Below, one piece after another: positions 11,286-26,233 of a stretch of 64,000 nt of DNA. The translations under genes were made by a program, and so were the position numbers. Every line of letters begins with the position of its first letter. The first letter of the stretch is position 1. Origin of the DNA: Adineta vaga (lineage: Eukaryota > Animalia > Rotifera); NCBI GenBank assembly GCA_021613535.1, contig CP075497.1, positions 11,408,001-11,472,000 of the forward strand, written 5' to 3'. The notes under the pieces are model-generated. The model had not been told where the DNA came from. It worked only from the letters and a program-made list of their open reading frames with translations, and did not search any database.

Positions 11286-12612
11286 ATGATGCAATCGATT
11301 ATAATTCGTATGAAATTGTTTCATGTACTGTTTAAATTGAATTGTATACATAGTTCATCAAGAACGACTATTCACGAAAGATATGAAATAAATTTAAATG
11401 AAACTAAACAACGATTTTACGATGTAAAACGAGATCCATTCATTGAAATAGTTCATTTTCAAGCATTCATCGAGAGAAAACCAACAGAAATTGATGAAAC
11501 ATCACTACGTGTTCTAAAATACAAGTCGCCATCGTTTATGTGAGAAATTAAATATTAATAAGTTTAGAAAGAAATTTTCGATTTTATGAAATAGAGCAAC
11601 AGCTACATTCCGTTTTCCACCAATATGTTCAAATGAATGTTGGAAAGTAGGGTTTATTCAAGCATGTTAGTATTGCATTCGTAGAATTTGTTATTACGAA
11701 TTGAAATATATTTCTTAAAAGGTGATCATATGGTCTTTCATAATGAATATGGAAATCTTGGCTAGTAAGTAAGTCGATCTAATGATGATTTAAGATAGAA
11801 AAGAATTTTGATATTATTCTTAATTAAGTTCATCATGGGAAGTAAGTGTATGACTACCATCGAATGCTTTATTTTAAAGAAAACAAATAAATAGTTTCCT
11901 CAATTGATTGTTGGTGATATGTCAATGATCAATGATAGTTGTGGTCGTAACTATCCATGGTATGGATCGAAAAATCAAGGTAAGGACAAAATATAATATC
12001 TTCAATTTCAAATTGATTTCTAGTTGTCACAATTCAAGGATCTCTCTGTCAACCAACTGAGTATACTATTAGTATGCGTGATTTATTTGCACCTTGGATT
12101 CCATGGTAAATGAAAAGAGAGAATAGATCATTTTATTTTATTTTTGTTATCATTAGGGATATTCCAACATGTGAAAGTGAACAATGTTGTTTGACACATA
12201 TCTATCGACATCAACGATTTTATGTATGGTTATGTGCAATGAATTGTACGAAGAATGAATTATTAATTGTTCGAACATTACGTTGGACACAAAAAATTGA
12301 AATTAATGTTCAACCTGATCTTGAACAAGGAAAACGAGCAACTTTAATTAGTAATCCTCAACCAAATCAACCAATTTTATTAAAACGAAATCTATTGATT
12401 CCATCTTGTGCTTTACAAGAACCATCAGTAAGATAATTGATTTTTATTATTTTCAGCTCAATTCAATCTATCATCAGGCAAATAATGCCCAATTATTGAT
12501 TTGGAAACCGACAAATGGCGAATCAATTGTTGTTGTTCATCCAAAACATTATGATAATAGTACAACGAAATATCTTCATCAACATCAAACTTCAATCGTT
12601 TCTCCTTACTGA
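11286..12612 (+). CDS. FAM78: FAM78-family protein (multi-exon; start 11286 or 11310)
   Basis: IDETSLRVLKYKSPSF, WKVGFIQAC, SSWE, INDSCGRNYPWYG and ANNAQLLIWKP match my recollection of FAM78A/B blocks. Confidence 0.8.
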
Positions 12613-13576
12613 AGAGTCTATGGATTAACTGAAAGCAAGATATATATATATTGATTCCTTTTCGATATTGGTTTTCAGTGTTGAAAAAAAAAAGACATAA
12701 AAATTAGATAATGAATTGTATAGAGAATGTTCTGACGCGTGGATTATCTCTAATTGATAATCCAAGGACATAGTAACTTTCATGTTCATGTAATAATAAA
12801 AATAAGATTTCTTTTTCAACTTTATTTCAGTTTTCAGACACGATTGAATATCAAATAAATGTACCAACACACACACACACACTGCTCAAATAAATTCAGT
12901 TGGTTGTTTATCCAAACGAATAGAAATCTCTCGTTCTATTTTTTAAAGTTTTTCGTTTCTTCAATAAGAAAATCTTTTTTCTTTGTACAATTTCGTTTGT
13001 ATTTTTCAAAAGAATTTTCTTCGAAATCATTTGATACGAGCAAAATTTCATTTTGAAGAATAACCATTGGATGATTCGATCATGTGTCATCTATGGAGGT
13101 CAAGTTCTACCATCATGGCTACGAAAATCAAAAAGATTAAATCCGATTCGCGAGAGCGACCAAGCGCGTTGTTGTATTATTCTCTCAGAAATATTCTCTT
13201 TGGTTCGATATTCAAAAGAATTCATCAAAGAAATCTGGTTGTAATATGTCATGAAATTGTTTTTTGAGAAATTCTTCATTGAAAAGTCATCTGACGACCT
13301 CTGTTCTTCTATATATAGTCCATCTTGTCTTTTGTGTTCAATAGGAAAGAAAGAACAAGAGAGAAAGAAGCAAAGACGAAGAAAACATCAGAATTTCTCA
13401 TTTCAGATGCGAAAACGACATTTTCAATATTCGATTTTTTTTATTTTGTCGTCATTTCGACTCTTGTCTATATAATTTCTTGTAAGTAAATCTGTTCTTT
13501 TGAATAATTTCCATTGATTACACTCATTTTAATATAGTTTATCATGATTATTGAACATAAGTTCTAAAAAATCAAA

Positions 13577-13690
13577 ATGTCTTACGAATCGACAAAAACA
13601 AGTACGAATTCATCAGTTGGTGAAACAATGACGAGTGATATGCCATCACAATCAACAACAAATAATAATTTTTATCCAAATAATAATACA

Positions 13691-13721
<31 letters not shown>

Positions 13722-16700
13722 TTCGAACACAAGCAATGATAATGAATCCGATGATGGGTAGTGGAGTTTATTATAATGGACCAACGCAAGGTACACCAAA
13801 TCAACATGTTCAAATGACAAATCGTCCAATGTATCAATCACACCCACCATCAGGACCTCCACATCATCATCAAATTGTAAGTTTATGTTTAGTTATTTTC
13901 TTCCTATTTGAATATTTTTGAGAGAAAAAAATATATATAATGAGTAAATCCTATTCAGTCGTCATCATATGATACATACGATTCACGTACAAATGCATAT
14001 TACTCACCATATACACATGATACCGGTGTTTATGAATATCAGCATTCTACAGGACGAACTTATTGTGGAAATTATAGTGAAAATCAAGTCGAGGTAGTGC
14101 ACCTATGTGTGTCTATGTTTCGTCTAATCACCCTTATGTGTTCTTGTTCCTGCACGCATAATAAATATTCAAATATTATTTTTATTGAATATGAAATAGA
14201 AAGAAATATTTTGTATTTTAGTCTTCACCGTATCCTATGAAAGATGGTTCATTATCATCCACAAATAATAATACAGATTTGGTAAGTGTCATTATAAATT
14301 TGATGTAATCATTGAAATAAACAACTATTGTAGAAGAAAAACGAGAAATAAGATACGTAAATAAACAAGTTACCTCTTACATTCTAAACATCACATCTAA
14401 ATTGTATATAAAATATTACATAAATAGAGAAGGAGAATGACGTTTAGGTATATCATAATCAAATAACCTTGATTTACTTTTTTTTCTCTTCATCATCATT
14501 TGTCTCATATGTTATTTTTTATTTTCTATCGGGCTTGTTTTTGTTGTTTTTGGCATGTCAAGAGACACCAATTTCCCTCAGTTTCTTTTTCTCGCTTACA
14601 TTTCAAACAGCTGATCTCATTGACAACCACATGCATCGAGTGTTCTTTAATTGGACATTTACAAATGAGAGTGAGAAACGAAAGAGAAGATTGCCATGAG
14701 AGAAGAAAAAGATCGAGACGAAGAAAGAGAGATACGGTTGATTTATATGAATGAATGAAGTGAGCATGTGCGTAAAAAGATTTTCATTCATCATCATCTG
14801 ATCGACTTACACATATGACGTGCGTTTGTTTGACAAGTTTATTCTTTGACAAAACAAAAAAAAATATATATATATCGAATTTTTCACATGAAGAAAAAGA
14901 AGAATATCGCAATTATTTTGTATCTGTTTGAATAGAATAATAAAAGAAAGAAATAATAAAAACTATTATTTCGATGTATATAAACAAATCTTATCGAATT
15001 TTTATTTTAGAATGCTACAGATTCGACGACAGCACCACCACATGATCAACAACAACAACAACCGCCGAGTGGTAATACGGCATTGGTACCGGGACAAACA
15101 CCATCAGGTAAAATTATACTGACGAATAAAAAAGCCCGTACTTTTCATGTGTATGTTGTATATTGAAAAAGAAAGAGAACTTATTCATTGTCATTATAAT
15201 GTCTGTCCTTTATATTTGTTATTGTATTTCAAGAGTAAGAAAGAATGTACTAAAGGAAACTCAATTGAGCGTGCATCGCTTGTATTCATGTGCTCTTTTT
15301 TTATGTGATACTTTATATGATAGTTTAGTTTTTGTGTGCTGAGAAATTCTGTTGTCATATTTCTTCCAAAAACGTGCTTTTTCTGAACTTAACTGTCATG
15401 ATTTTTATTCTAGGGAATGGTGTTGGTTATAACAATTCCTCCATGATGCCTCCACCTCATTTAGCATCGAAACAACAGCCATATCCCAACTATCCACAAC
15501 AACAAGGTTTGTTATTGAAAAAGAAAAAGAGTTTTTCAAAAGTAGTATCCTTTCTCATCTTCGTTTTTGTTCCTTTCATCATCATCTTCTTGTTTCATTT
15601 GCCCTATTTCTGTCTTTCTCATCATCATTATTATTGTCCTCTATGCGTCGTCGACGTCCTCGTCCAACAAATGCAATGTAAAGAACGTAGTCGTCTTTTT
15701 TTGCGCGTTCTACTTTTCCTTCTTGCCATCTATTCATTGACGACGACGACGACGACGGACAAAGAAGCACGCAGGCAGACTGGTTGCTTGCTTGATTATT
15801 TTCCTGTTCCCTCTCTTCGTGCATGCGAACGAGCGAACAAACGAGCGTAAGCAAGCAAGCAAATGTGTGCTCGTTCTATAGCCTCGGAGAAATGAAACAG
15901 CAAGCAGCAGAAGCAGCAGCAATACAACGAGATGTTATGTGCGTATGTGTATGCGTGTATATGTGTATGTGTGTGCCTGCCTGTCATTTACCGCCATCGC
16001 TTCGCACACTCACATATATTGAAAATAGAATAGTGGCGACGACGGCCACTACTATTACATAGAAAAGCTTCATTCTTTTCTTTTTTTTTCCTCTCTTTCT
16101 CTCCCTCTTTTCGTTCGTTTATTGCACTGCAAACGTTGTACTCGCTTTACGAGCATCTCATTGATCATTATTAAATGCAAGCAAAATAGAATAGCGCCAC
16201 ATGCATTGCTAGTTTGATTATATTTTATTTATTATTATAGGTGACATGTACAGCAGAACATCAAATACCGGTAGTACACCTCAATATGTTCCACAATATT
16301 CACAGTATCCAGCAGGTGGTGCACCGATAATGAATCCAAGATCACCAGCACCAAATTCAAATGCATATCGACCATCATATTCATCTGGATCACCATATCA
16401 AAATGGAATAGCTACATCATCTTCACCTTCATCAACAACATCATCAGGAAAACCTACATCTCGTCCACAACAAGTTTCACCTAAACGCTCAAGTTCACAA
16501 CCAACAACACCACCACAACAACAATCACGTTATCCCTCTCCATATCCATCTTATTCGAATGGACCAGTTGCATATAAACCAGGTGGTTCAAATGGTTATG
16601 CACCTCCTCCACCAATGCAACCACAGCAACAGCAACAGCAACAACAACAACAACAACTACAACAACAATCATCATGGCCTCCACAACCACCACAACGTGA

Positions 16701-19700
16701 TACTATTACACCGGGTCTAGCAAGTAGTACAGGGGATTCCGATTCAAATTCAAGTAATACATCACAACAACCAACGTCATATCCATCATCAACAATGACC
16801 AATGGTCCAACTACGGCTAGTTATCCACAGCAGCAACAACAACAACAACATTTACCTTCTTACAATGCTGGTAATGTCGGTGATTCAACAAATACTAATA
16901 ATAGTATGAATTCAAGTGGGCACAATTATATGGATCAACAGTATTCAAATGTACCACCTCAAAATTATGGTTATCCTCCACAACAAATGCGTAAATTCTT
17001 TATTTTATCTAAAATGAATAAAAATAAATAACCTATATGTTCTTCTTGTATAGATCCTTATGGTAATCATCCGTCACAAATGCATGGACCACCAACGAAT
17101 GAATTTCGTCCTCCACCTGTACAATCGATGGATGATGATAATAATGCTTATCGAAATAAATCATCAACTGGAATAGCAGCTGATCAACAACAATCACATC
17201 ATTCTTCTATTCTTCCTCCTGCATCTTCATTATCATCACAAGCACCATCAGTGTCATCTTCAACTAATGGACCAAAATCACCAAGTGGAACGAGCATGTC
17301 ATCCTATGTTCCTGATGATGCAGATTCTAGTAATTCAAGTTTTCCTGATAGTCCACCACCATCCCATGAAAAAGGTCAACAAAAGCGTAAACTTTCATCA
17401 GGAACATCTAATTCACATAATACACCAGCTGAAGTATTCACTAAACTACGCGAAATGGGAGAAGAATCTGAAAGAGAAGAACGTAATCAATTTGTTGAAC
17501 GTTTACAAAAACTCTGGGAAGAACATCAAATTGTTTGTCGTAATCTACCAACTATATCGAAACAAACTATTGATCTCTATCGTTTATATACATGTGTACG
17601 TGAACAGAATGGTTTTCAAGAATTTTCAAAAGTAGCCAAAAATCGTCATTGGCGTGATATAGCAGCCAAATTAAACATTCCGAATTCATCGAGTGCAGCT
17701 TTCAATGTTAAACAAAAATATATCAATTTAAAATTGTTTCATTATGAATGCAAATTTGATAAAGGCGGTATTAATCCAGAACCTATATTAGCTGAAATTG
17801 ATAAACCCCAAGGAAAACGTACAAAAACACCAAAGAAATCAACGAGTAATAGTGGATCAACAGCTAATAATCTCAATGATAGTACAAATGATAATAAAAT
17901 ATCATCTTCACAAGTACCTCCTCAATCTCAATCATCCGGTTTACCACCACCACCGCCACCACTACATCAACATCAGCATCATCAACAGCAGCAGCAGCAA
18001 CAGACAATGCCAGGACAACCTATGCAAGATCCGTATCGTGGTTATCCACCTCCACATGGACATCCACATCAAATGGGTCATCCACAACAACAACAACCAC
18101 AGTATCGACCAATGCAAATGCCAATGCATCCGTACGGTACGCCTGGTAATGAAATGCAACCACCATATGATCCTTCATCTGGTGGACAAATGATGTATAA
18201 TAGTTCTGAAATGGATTATCAACGTGCTGGTTATCCAACACCACCAGGACAACCACCACCAATGATGAAACCACCACCATCTAATGTTTATGGTATGCCA
18301 CCACTATCTCAAGTTCAACAACCACCTGGACCAATGGCACCACAACATCGACTACCAGGACCATATCCATCAGTAGCTTCAAAATCACAACAACAGATGC
18401 CTCCGTCACAACAACCAGATTATAATACTTCTCAAACATCTAATTTAGTATGTGCACCACCCAATCAACAAGCTCCACCACAATCAACAGGACCTCAACA
18501 AACATACCATTATCAACCTCAACAACCCATGCCAAGGTATTAGAACAAAATAATTGAAATTCTTACATCAAACTATTCTTATCGTTATATATGTATACTA
18601 TGTTCTTTTTCTTTCTCTTTCTAGTTCTTATCCTCCATCAAATTATCCACAACAACAAGCACCTCTACCACCACGTACATCAATGATGGGTGGACCTCCT
18701 CAATCACATGATCCATATCTATCTCAACAAGTACCACCTAATCAAACATATCCAAATCAAACTCCACCAAATTATATGTATAAAAAGCCTGATACTTCTT
18801 CAATAACAGATACATCCAATCTTGATAATCAAGATTCCAATAAAGGAAATAAATTATTAATCAATCAACTTCGTGCTTCATCTTCAAATACATCTATGCT
18901 TTCAACATCATCACCAATTTCTGTTTTAACTAATTCAACTACAGCAACGCCAAATTCAACAATAACACCAACTATTACATTACCTACAACTCATTTTCCA
19001 CCTAATTCGATTGAAGCAACAACTTTACCTCCTAAAATTAAACGTAAAAAACTCACGGCAAAAGACGTCAGTATGTATCTTTTCTTTGTAAATTATCTTT
19101 ACATTCTAAAAAATTTCAAAATCTTCTTTCTAGCTCCAGTTGATCCATGGAAATTAATGATGTCCTTACGTGGTGGTTTACTTGCCGAAACGACTTGGGC
19201 ATTAGATACTATCAATATTATGTTATCTGATGATCAAACTCACACACATTTTCGTTTGAAACAAATGCCTGGTCTATTACAAGCGATTGTTGATATCTAT
19301 GTGAAATGTTTAACATTATTATTTGATGAATTTCAAAATTCACCATCAAATATTGAAAATCAACAACCATCATTAAATGATTTAAATGGTTCATCACATT
19401 TAACTTGTACAACAATAAAAAAACATGAATATCGTCAACAACAACAACAACAACCAGAATCTGTTATCTATCGTGTTGAATCTAATTCATTGAATAGGTA
19501 CAAACGAAAATATAATAAAGAACAATCAGTTGTTTATGAGCGTGTTTGTGATGAACAAGGCATTGAAAAGAAAGATCCAACTAATGTATGTTACTCACTC
19601 ATCGAATCTTTTCATTTGAATTTGTTTCATTCGTTTAGATTTTGGAACTTCAAAATACCAATGATCTATGTTTTATCAATATTCATTTTGATCCATTGCG

Positions 19701-21245
19701 TTTTGATGATAGTTTTTATGAAAAACTTTACTATGGTAAGCTATCGGATGAGATTTCAACTAACGAACATGTTCATGAACCGATAAGAAAATCCTCCAAT
19801 TGTTCATTTAAACGTATTAAAACTTCTGAAGATGAAATAATTAATGATGAATCAACAACATTAGAAAATTCCAACGATTATCGTCATCGTCATCATTCAG
19901 ATTCTGTTATGGAAATCTCAGATAGTAATATACAATTTCTTCGGCGTTATAAACGAAAATTTGAATATGATGAACAACAAAGTTATGAACTTTATTCTGG
20001 TATATGTGTATCATCATCATCATTGATTACAAAATATAATCAAACGAAAGAATTTGATTCATGTTCGAAATCAAGTGATCAACAAGAGAATGTTTCATCA
20101 TTATTTACATATCATTCACTTGCATATGATCAAATTTGTGCACGTTGTACATGTGTATCATCCATTTTACGTAATCTCAGTTTTATCTTGGGCAATGATA
20201 TTGAATTAGTGAAATGTAAAACATTAATTGGTCTATTAGCTCGTCTTATCTTACTCAGGCATGGAGTTAATCATAATGATTTGTCAGATAATCAAACATC
20301 TCTCAATGAAACAGTAAATGATGATCAATCAAAAGTAAATTAGAAAAATACAATCATATGAATTTGTAAGAATTTGTTTGTTTTCTTTAGAATTCGGATT
20401 CGAAATCCTTACCATCATTTTCTTGGGCAGAATGTGTTTTAAATATTCGTGAAAATACACTTGTTACATTAGCGAATATTGCTGGAACACTTGTTCTTGA
20501 TAGTTTTGATTCGGATTTATTATATACACTAATTGATGGTCTTTTACATTGGTCAACTTGTTATTCTGGTGAAGCAATTGATTCTTTACATTCATCCTTT
20601 ATTTCAGCTCAACGATTAGCAATTGAAATTCTAACAAAATTAAGTGTTCATGAAATGAATATGGATTTTATTCTTGCAACACCACCATTTTATCGAATTG
20701 TTTCATTATTTCATGTCCTAACAGATTGGTTAATTGTCGATGAAATCAATGGTGGTATATCTAATTGGCATCCACCTTCTCTAACATCATCAACACATTA
20801 TTATACAAATTATCCTCGACCACAATCGCATATTCAACGTGAATTTGCCATTGTTCTATTAAATGCATTAGTACGCTGTGATTCTTTAGCTGCTAGTGTT
20901 ATTGCTCATATTCCATATGCAATATCATTATTATTGAATTTTCTTGAAGATTATGAAATGAAAACTAATGAATTGATGGCACGTTACGGTCCAGATTATA
21001 TTATACGTTTAACAACTCAGCCATCGAATGCACAACATGCTGAACAAATTTTATTTACAACAAGTGATATGTTAAAACGTGCAGCAACATGTTTACTTTC
21101 GATTGTTAGTTATACGGATAATATTAAAGTAATGAAACGATATGAAGATCGAATATTAAATTTATCTACTTCACATGTTATTGATTCAAATGTTGGACGT
21201 GTTCTTACAGATGTTTTGCACTATTGTTCATTGCACAACAGTTGA
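13577..21245 (+). CDS. ARID1: ARID1/osa SWI/SNF subunit (multi-exon)
   Basis: Q/P-rich N-terminus; ARID domain (IDLYRLY..V, WRDIAAKLNI..SSSAAF); C-terminal BAF250 region (PWKLMMSLRGGLLAETTWALDTINIML, DFILATPPF). Confidence 0.93.
13679..13722 (+). repeat. (AAT)n microsatellite encoding poly-Asn in ARID1 exon 1
   Basis: Visible aataataat run in frame. Confidence 0.8.
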
Positions 21246-21741
21246 CTTCTTTCTTTCTATGTATAGTCTCCACTTTGTATAGATTCTCTATCTTTTGGTT
21301 TCTTTTTTTTCTCTTGTTTGTTTGGCCTTAGTATTAGAAAAAAAACAAAATTTGTTTACAAAGACAAAAAAATTCAATGTACACACTTTTTTTCGAATGA
21401 GAACGAGAAAGGAAGACAAAGAAAAACGAGGAAATATTTGAAAATATCTTTTGTTGTTATTATTCTTATTTATATCCTTCTTGTATGTGTACATTTTTTT
21501 TTGAGAAATGTATTTTTGTGTGGTCATACAAATAACGTTTACTTGTTCTTATGGATGGATGTTGTGTGTGTGGGGGAATTGGTTCTCTCTCGGCCTAGTA
21601 CTACTACTTTCTTCTTCATTTCTTTGTTTCATACACACACACACACACTTCGTGTTTGATTGCTCGTTTGCTGTTCTATATCTTTCTTTCTTGTATACTC
21701 CACTGTTTTTTAAAACATTGACTCTATCTTTGTCTATCATT

Positions 21742-21760
21742 CTCTCTCTCTCTCTCTCTC
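21742..21760. repeat. (CT)n microsatellite downstream of ARID1
   Basis: tctctctc run. Confidence 0.75.
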
Positions 21761-23084
21761 TTTTTTTTTCTCTTCATCTTCTTCTTACTGCGACGAAAAA
21801 TATATAAACACAACATGTGTCAAAATGGATCTTGATTATTATTTCTGTAAAAAGAATTAACAGCTGGTACTTTGTTCTTATAGACTTCATGATGATTTAT
21901 AGAGAAAAAGATTAGGAAGTTTTGACGATAAAAATGACAGATGAGAAATATGTCTCAGATAAATTGGATTGCAATGATCAATAAAAAGACAAATATTGAT
22001 TGAAAATCATATCATTAACGATCGAATCTTTACAACTAAATATTGTATAGTATTCATTTGAATACGACATCTAATTCAATGGTATATCATTAAAATGAAA
22101 GGTGTATTTTAATACAAGGACATATAATGATTCTTTGAAAACCATCCATATTTAACAATACACTGTTTGTATATACTCTTTGATTATAATGACCTCACTT
22201 GTCTATCAACAGTGTTATAGAGAAAAGGAATTTTCTAGTCTCTTTGCTCATACTTTCTTTGCGTTCTGTTATTATTCATCCGTCCGTTCTTTACTTTCTT
22301 TCCTATTCTCTCTCTCTCGCATCTTGTTTCTCTTTTTCTTTCATTTTCTCGTTTCTTCTCGATGATGTTGACCGTGTGAACATGCGTTGTATACAATCCG
22401 AACTGTCGAAGTTCAATTCAAATTCCGCGCCTTCCATATTCTTCATCATCATTCGTCCTATTCGTTTGTTACTATCGAAGTGATAAGAAATTTCAAGCGT
22501 TCGTTCACATTTATTTCAACTAAAAGGATTTACATACTTCGCTTTTTTTTCTACCGATGATAAATAAAGAGAGGTCACATCGAGACGTGTATTTGTGCAA
22601 ACAACAGCAACAGATTAGAACATTGATTGATGCAAACAAGTGTATGAGATGTATTTCATTGAACCAAGTAGACTGATCGCCTATTTTTGATACAGATAGA
22701 AGAAGTTTTGATTAGCCTGTCGTATTTCAAGACAAACATATGTTTTCTTTCTTCTTCTTCTTCTTCTTTACTAAGATTCAATTAATATCAACGACGTCAT
22801 TCTCTATTTCACCCCCTACTAACATTTTACTTGTGCATATAACAGCTTGTATTCATATTGACTCATTTCTTTTCTTTCTTTTTTTTCTCGAAACCATGTA
22901 CAAAGAATACGAGAGGAAGAGAGATGATCAATTGCATTATTTTTTCATCAAACTCACGCATATACTCGTGATATCAAGGATAAAAAATACGAGAGAATGT
23001 TTTGCGAGAAAGAAAAAAGACATACGAAATCGATTATTTCTAACTACATCATTCTATTTTTTGGTTATCTAGATTTCAGATAGA

Positions 23085-25015
23085 ATGATTTCTACGTACT
23101 GCTTCGTATTGGTTACTTTTGCTATATTTCATTATTCATGTAAGTTTTAGTTTTTTGTCTAAATGAAATGAATTGAATTTCTTTTTCTATGAAGATTCAT
23201 TACAATCTGGTTATACATGTGAAACATCTGTCATATTGAAATGTCCAGATGCAACAAAATTAGTTATTTTAGAAGTGATCTATTCATCCGAATGTCCAAG
23301 TTTAAATGAAGAAAAAGAAGGTGGATCATTGTATGCACCATCACGTTGTATGGGATACTCTCGTGATCGCGTAAGTAGTTTATGTAATGGACAACAAACA
23401 TGTACAATTGATAATAATATTGGACAAAGACCATCATTTGAGGTTAATCAACAAGCAAATTGTAAATTTAAAGGACAAAGTATTAATGTTGAATATTCAT
23501 GTGTACCAGGTAAATTTCAAAAATATAAAATGACATTTGTAAATCTCGAAAAATATTTTTTATTTAAGATTTTTATTCGAGCAAATTACCTCGAATTGAT
23601 ATATGTTCATTACAATCATTACATGATGTTACTGAAGGTTTTATTCATACTCCTAATTATCCAAGAGGATATCCGAATAGTCAAACATGTTCCAAAACAG
23701 TTCCATCACCAGCTGATGGTCATCGGTAAGATATTTCGATTTATAAAAGCTTCATGTATTATTTTCTATTTCTTTAGATTGAAAATTTATATTGTGGATT
23801 TTGATGTTGAAGGTTTAAGTGCTGTTCGATTTTTTGGCTTTAAACGTATTAATGATTGGTTACAAATAAATAATAGTGGAGAAAAGATGTATGGTAGTCG
23901 ACGTTCATATACACAAATATTTGATGATGTTATCGAAGCATCATTGATGTTTAAATCAGATTTTGCTAATTCAAAACGACCGTACAATGGTTTCTTACTA
24001 TATTTTATTGGTAAATAATAATCTTTCCATTTCTTTTTTTTTCGGATTAGATATATTTTTTTTAATTTTCAGTGACACCGATTCGTGCTTCTCGTCCATC
24101 ATTAACAACAACAGGAGAAAAAGTATCGTCAACTACTCCTGTTATACTTTCTAATGATGAATTATTAAATTCTTCCAATGCACCACGAGGTGCTGCTCTC
24201 GTTGCAAATGATCAACGTTCAAGTAAATTTCTTTCTCTTTGTTCAATCAAAATCTAACAAAATATTTCCATTTAGATACTGGTCTAACTTTATTAGTTGT
24301 TGCTTTATCATCAACACTTTTCATTATTCTCTGTGCATTTATACTTTACAAACGGTAGGATTAAACAAACATAATTTTGAATCTTATTTTCTTCATCTAT
24401 TTCTTCATTTCTAGTCGTAATGATCGCCGTATTCGGTATTTAACTGATACATTCAATTCATTTTTTCCTACTCGACCAAAAAATGTTACTCTTAATACAA
24501 CTGATTTGAGCGATGAAGTAACATTGAACACAACAGTTCAATCGAAACTTGATGTTTCAACCGCATCAAATAATGGAAAGTTTACGAAAATGAATAATTA
24601 TGAGACAGAATTTGTTCCATCAGCATTGACTAAACATGTGAATGTTAATGAACGACGTGACAGTCAAGAAAAACAAATTTTCATTGAAAATCTTAAGACA
24701 TGTCCATCACCCTATTCAGCGTATCGTCGTTCGGAAAGAAAATTTAATTCGAAAGAACAAATCGATACTGATACAAATAAAAATTCCAATATTTATTCAC
24801 AAGATCCTTTAAATCAATCAAATGTTGAACAACAAAATGATAGAAATTCTCTTTTTTATGAAGATGTTGATTTAAATCCACATCAATCAAGTATTGAACC
24901 AACAAATGAACAAGAAGATGTTATTTATGATGTTATTAATCCAAATAATGAACGACCAGTAGAACAAGAAATCGATTATGAAGCTCCTACATATGCAATA
25001 CCAAAAGATACATAA
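23085..25015 (+). CDS. Type I membrane protein with SUEL/Gal-lectin-like and CUB domains (multi-exon)
   Basis: Signal exon; YTCETS..LKCP, LCNGQQTCTI, VEYSCVP; CUB motifs GFIHTPNYPRGYP and FKSDF..GF; TM; Tyr-rich tail. Confidence 0.75.
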
Positions 25016-26233
25016 TTTTCATTGTTTAACACAATGAATATGAACTTTAAAACGAAAAATCTTGTTAAGCAGATACATACACGTAATTATCTGTGGTTTT
25101 TCTTTGTGTATAATCTCTACACTTGATAATATGCATATTAAACAGAGTGTTTTTGTTTCTCTTCAATTTTCTTTTTTGTCTTTTGATTATTCGCAGATGT
25201 TTCTTCTGAATTTCTGATATAAATTTATTCTGTTGTCATTCTTTTTTTTTGTTTCAATGTAAAATATTAAAATTTACTTATTTAAACATCAAAAAAAAAG
25301 TCTATCGTTCGATTTTATGGTCTGATCAATTCAATTGTCTAGGAAGTTAACCGTGTAAGTGTCAACGACAGTTTTAACAAAATCGTTTTCTTTTTCAAAT
25401 GATTTGAACAAATGAGATTGTTTATCGATATTAATTGATGAGCGAAAGTCAATTTATCAAAGATGTTGTATATTGAACTGATGAAAATATCTTGTTCTTT
25501 GATAATAATCATTGACAGAATGTCGTAAAAACTCGTAAGCAATGAAAGAAAACGTCGCCATACCTATAAATATTCATGGGAAGTTATTCAGATGTTGTTA
25601 TTTGTAAAAAGAATAATGTACAAAATAATAATTAACAAGGATAAAGAATACCAGTCCTTTAGTATCCTAATATATTTACTCAGCAGACTATATTGTACGA
25701 TCTATTTTATGTTTCGTTCCGAGTCTTTTGCATTTATCTATATGCATGCAAACAACTATGACGACGTATACATACTGAGAGAAAAACAGATGGATGAATA
25801 AATGGATTATTTTCCATCTGCTTTGAAAATAATCATCAATATTTCGCTTATCATTTGATCAAATATCTTGATAATTTCGATTTCTTTGAAAACATTTTAA
25901 TAGATGCTATTCGATTCTTCTCATTTTTCCATAATGAACGAGAGTTTAATATTCAATAATCAATTTTTTATTGAAGATAATACTGATGTTGAGTGACATC
26001 TAGAGTAAATCATTACACAACTATTCTCGCTCGTCAACCTATAGAGCCATAGAAGTCACGTTGATGTCGACTTTTCCTTCCATTCTGTTCTGTTGCAATC
26101 TATCCATCTATCTCTCTATTGATGAAATTTGTTATTGTGTATTATGTTGAAATTGTTCAAAAGGATAATCTGTTGTTTTGTTTTCTTCTAGTTTTGTCTA
26201 TGACAATATTATTATTTGTATTTGATCACAGCA

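Noticed and set aside
12625-13475. Several short overlapping ORFs upstream of ARID1
   Set aside because: No homology or coherent exon chain; probably promoter or UTR sequence.
21288-23072. F/L/S-rich short ORFs
   Set aside because: They are by-products of pyrimidine-rich UTR and intergenic sequence with microsatellites.
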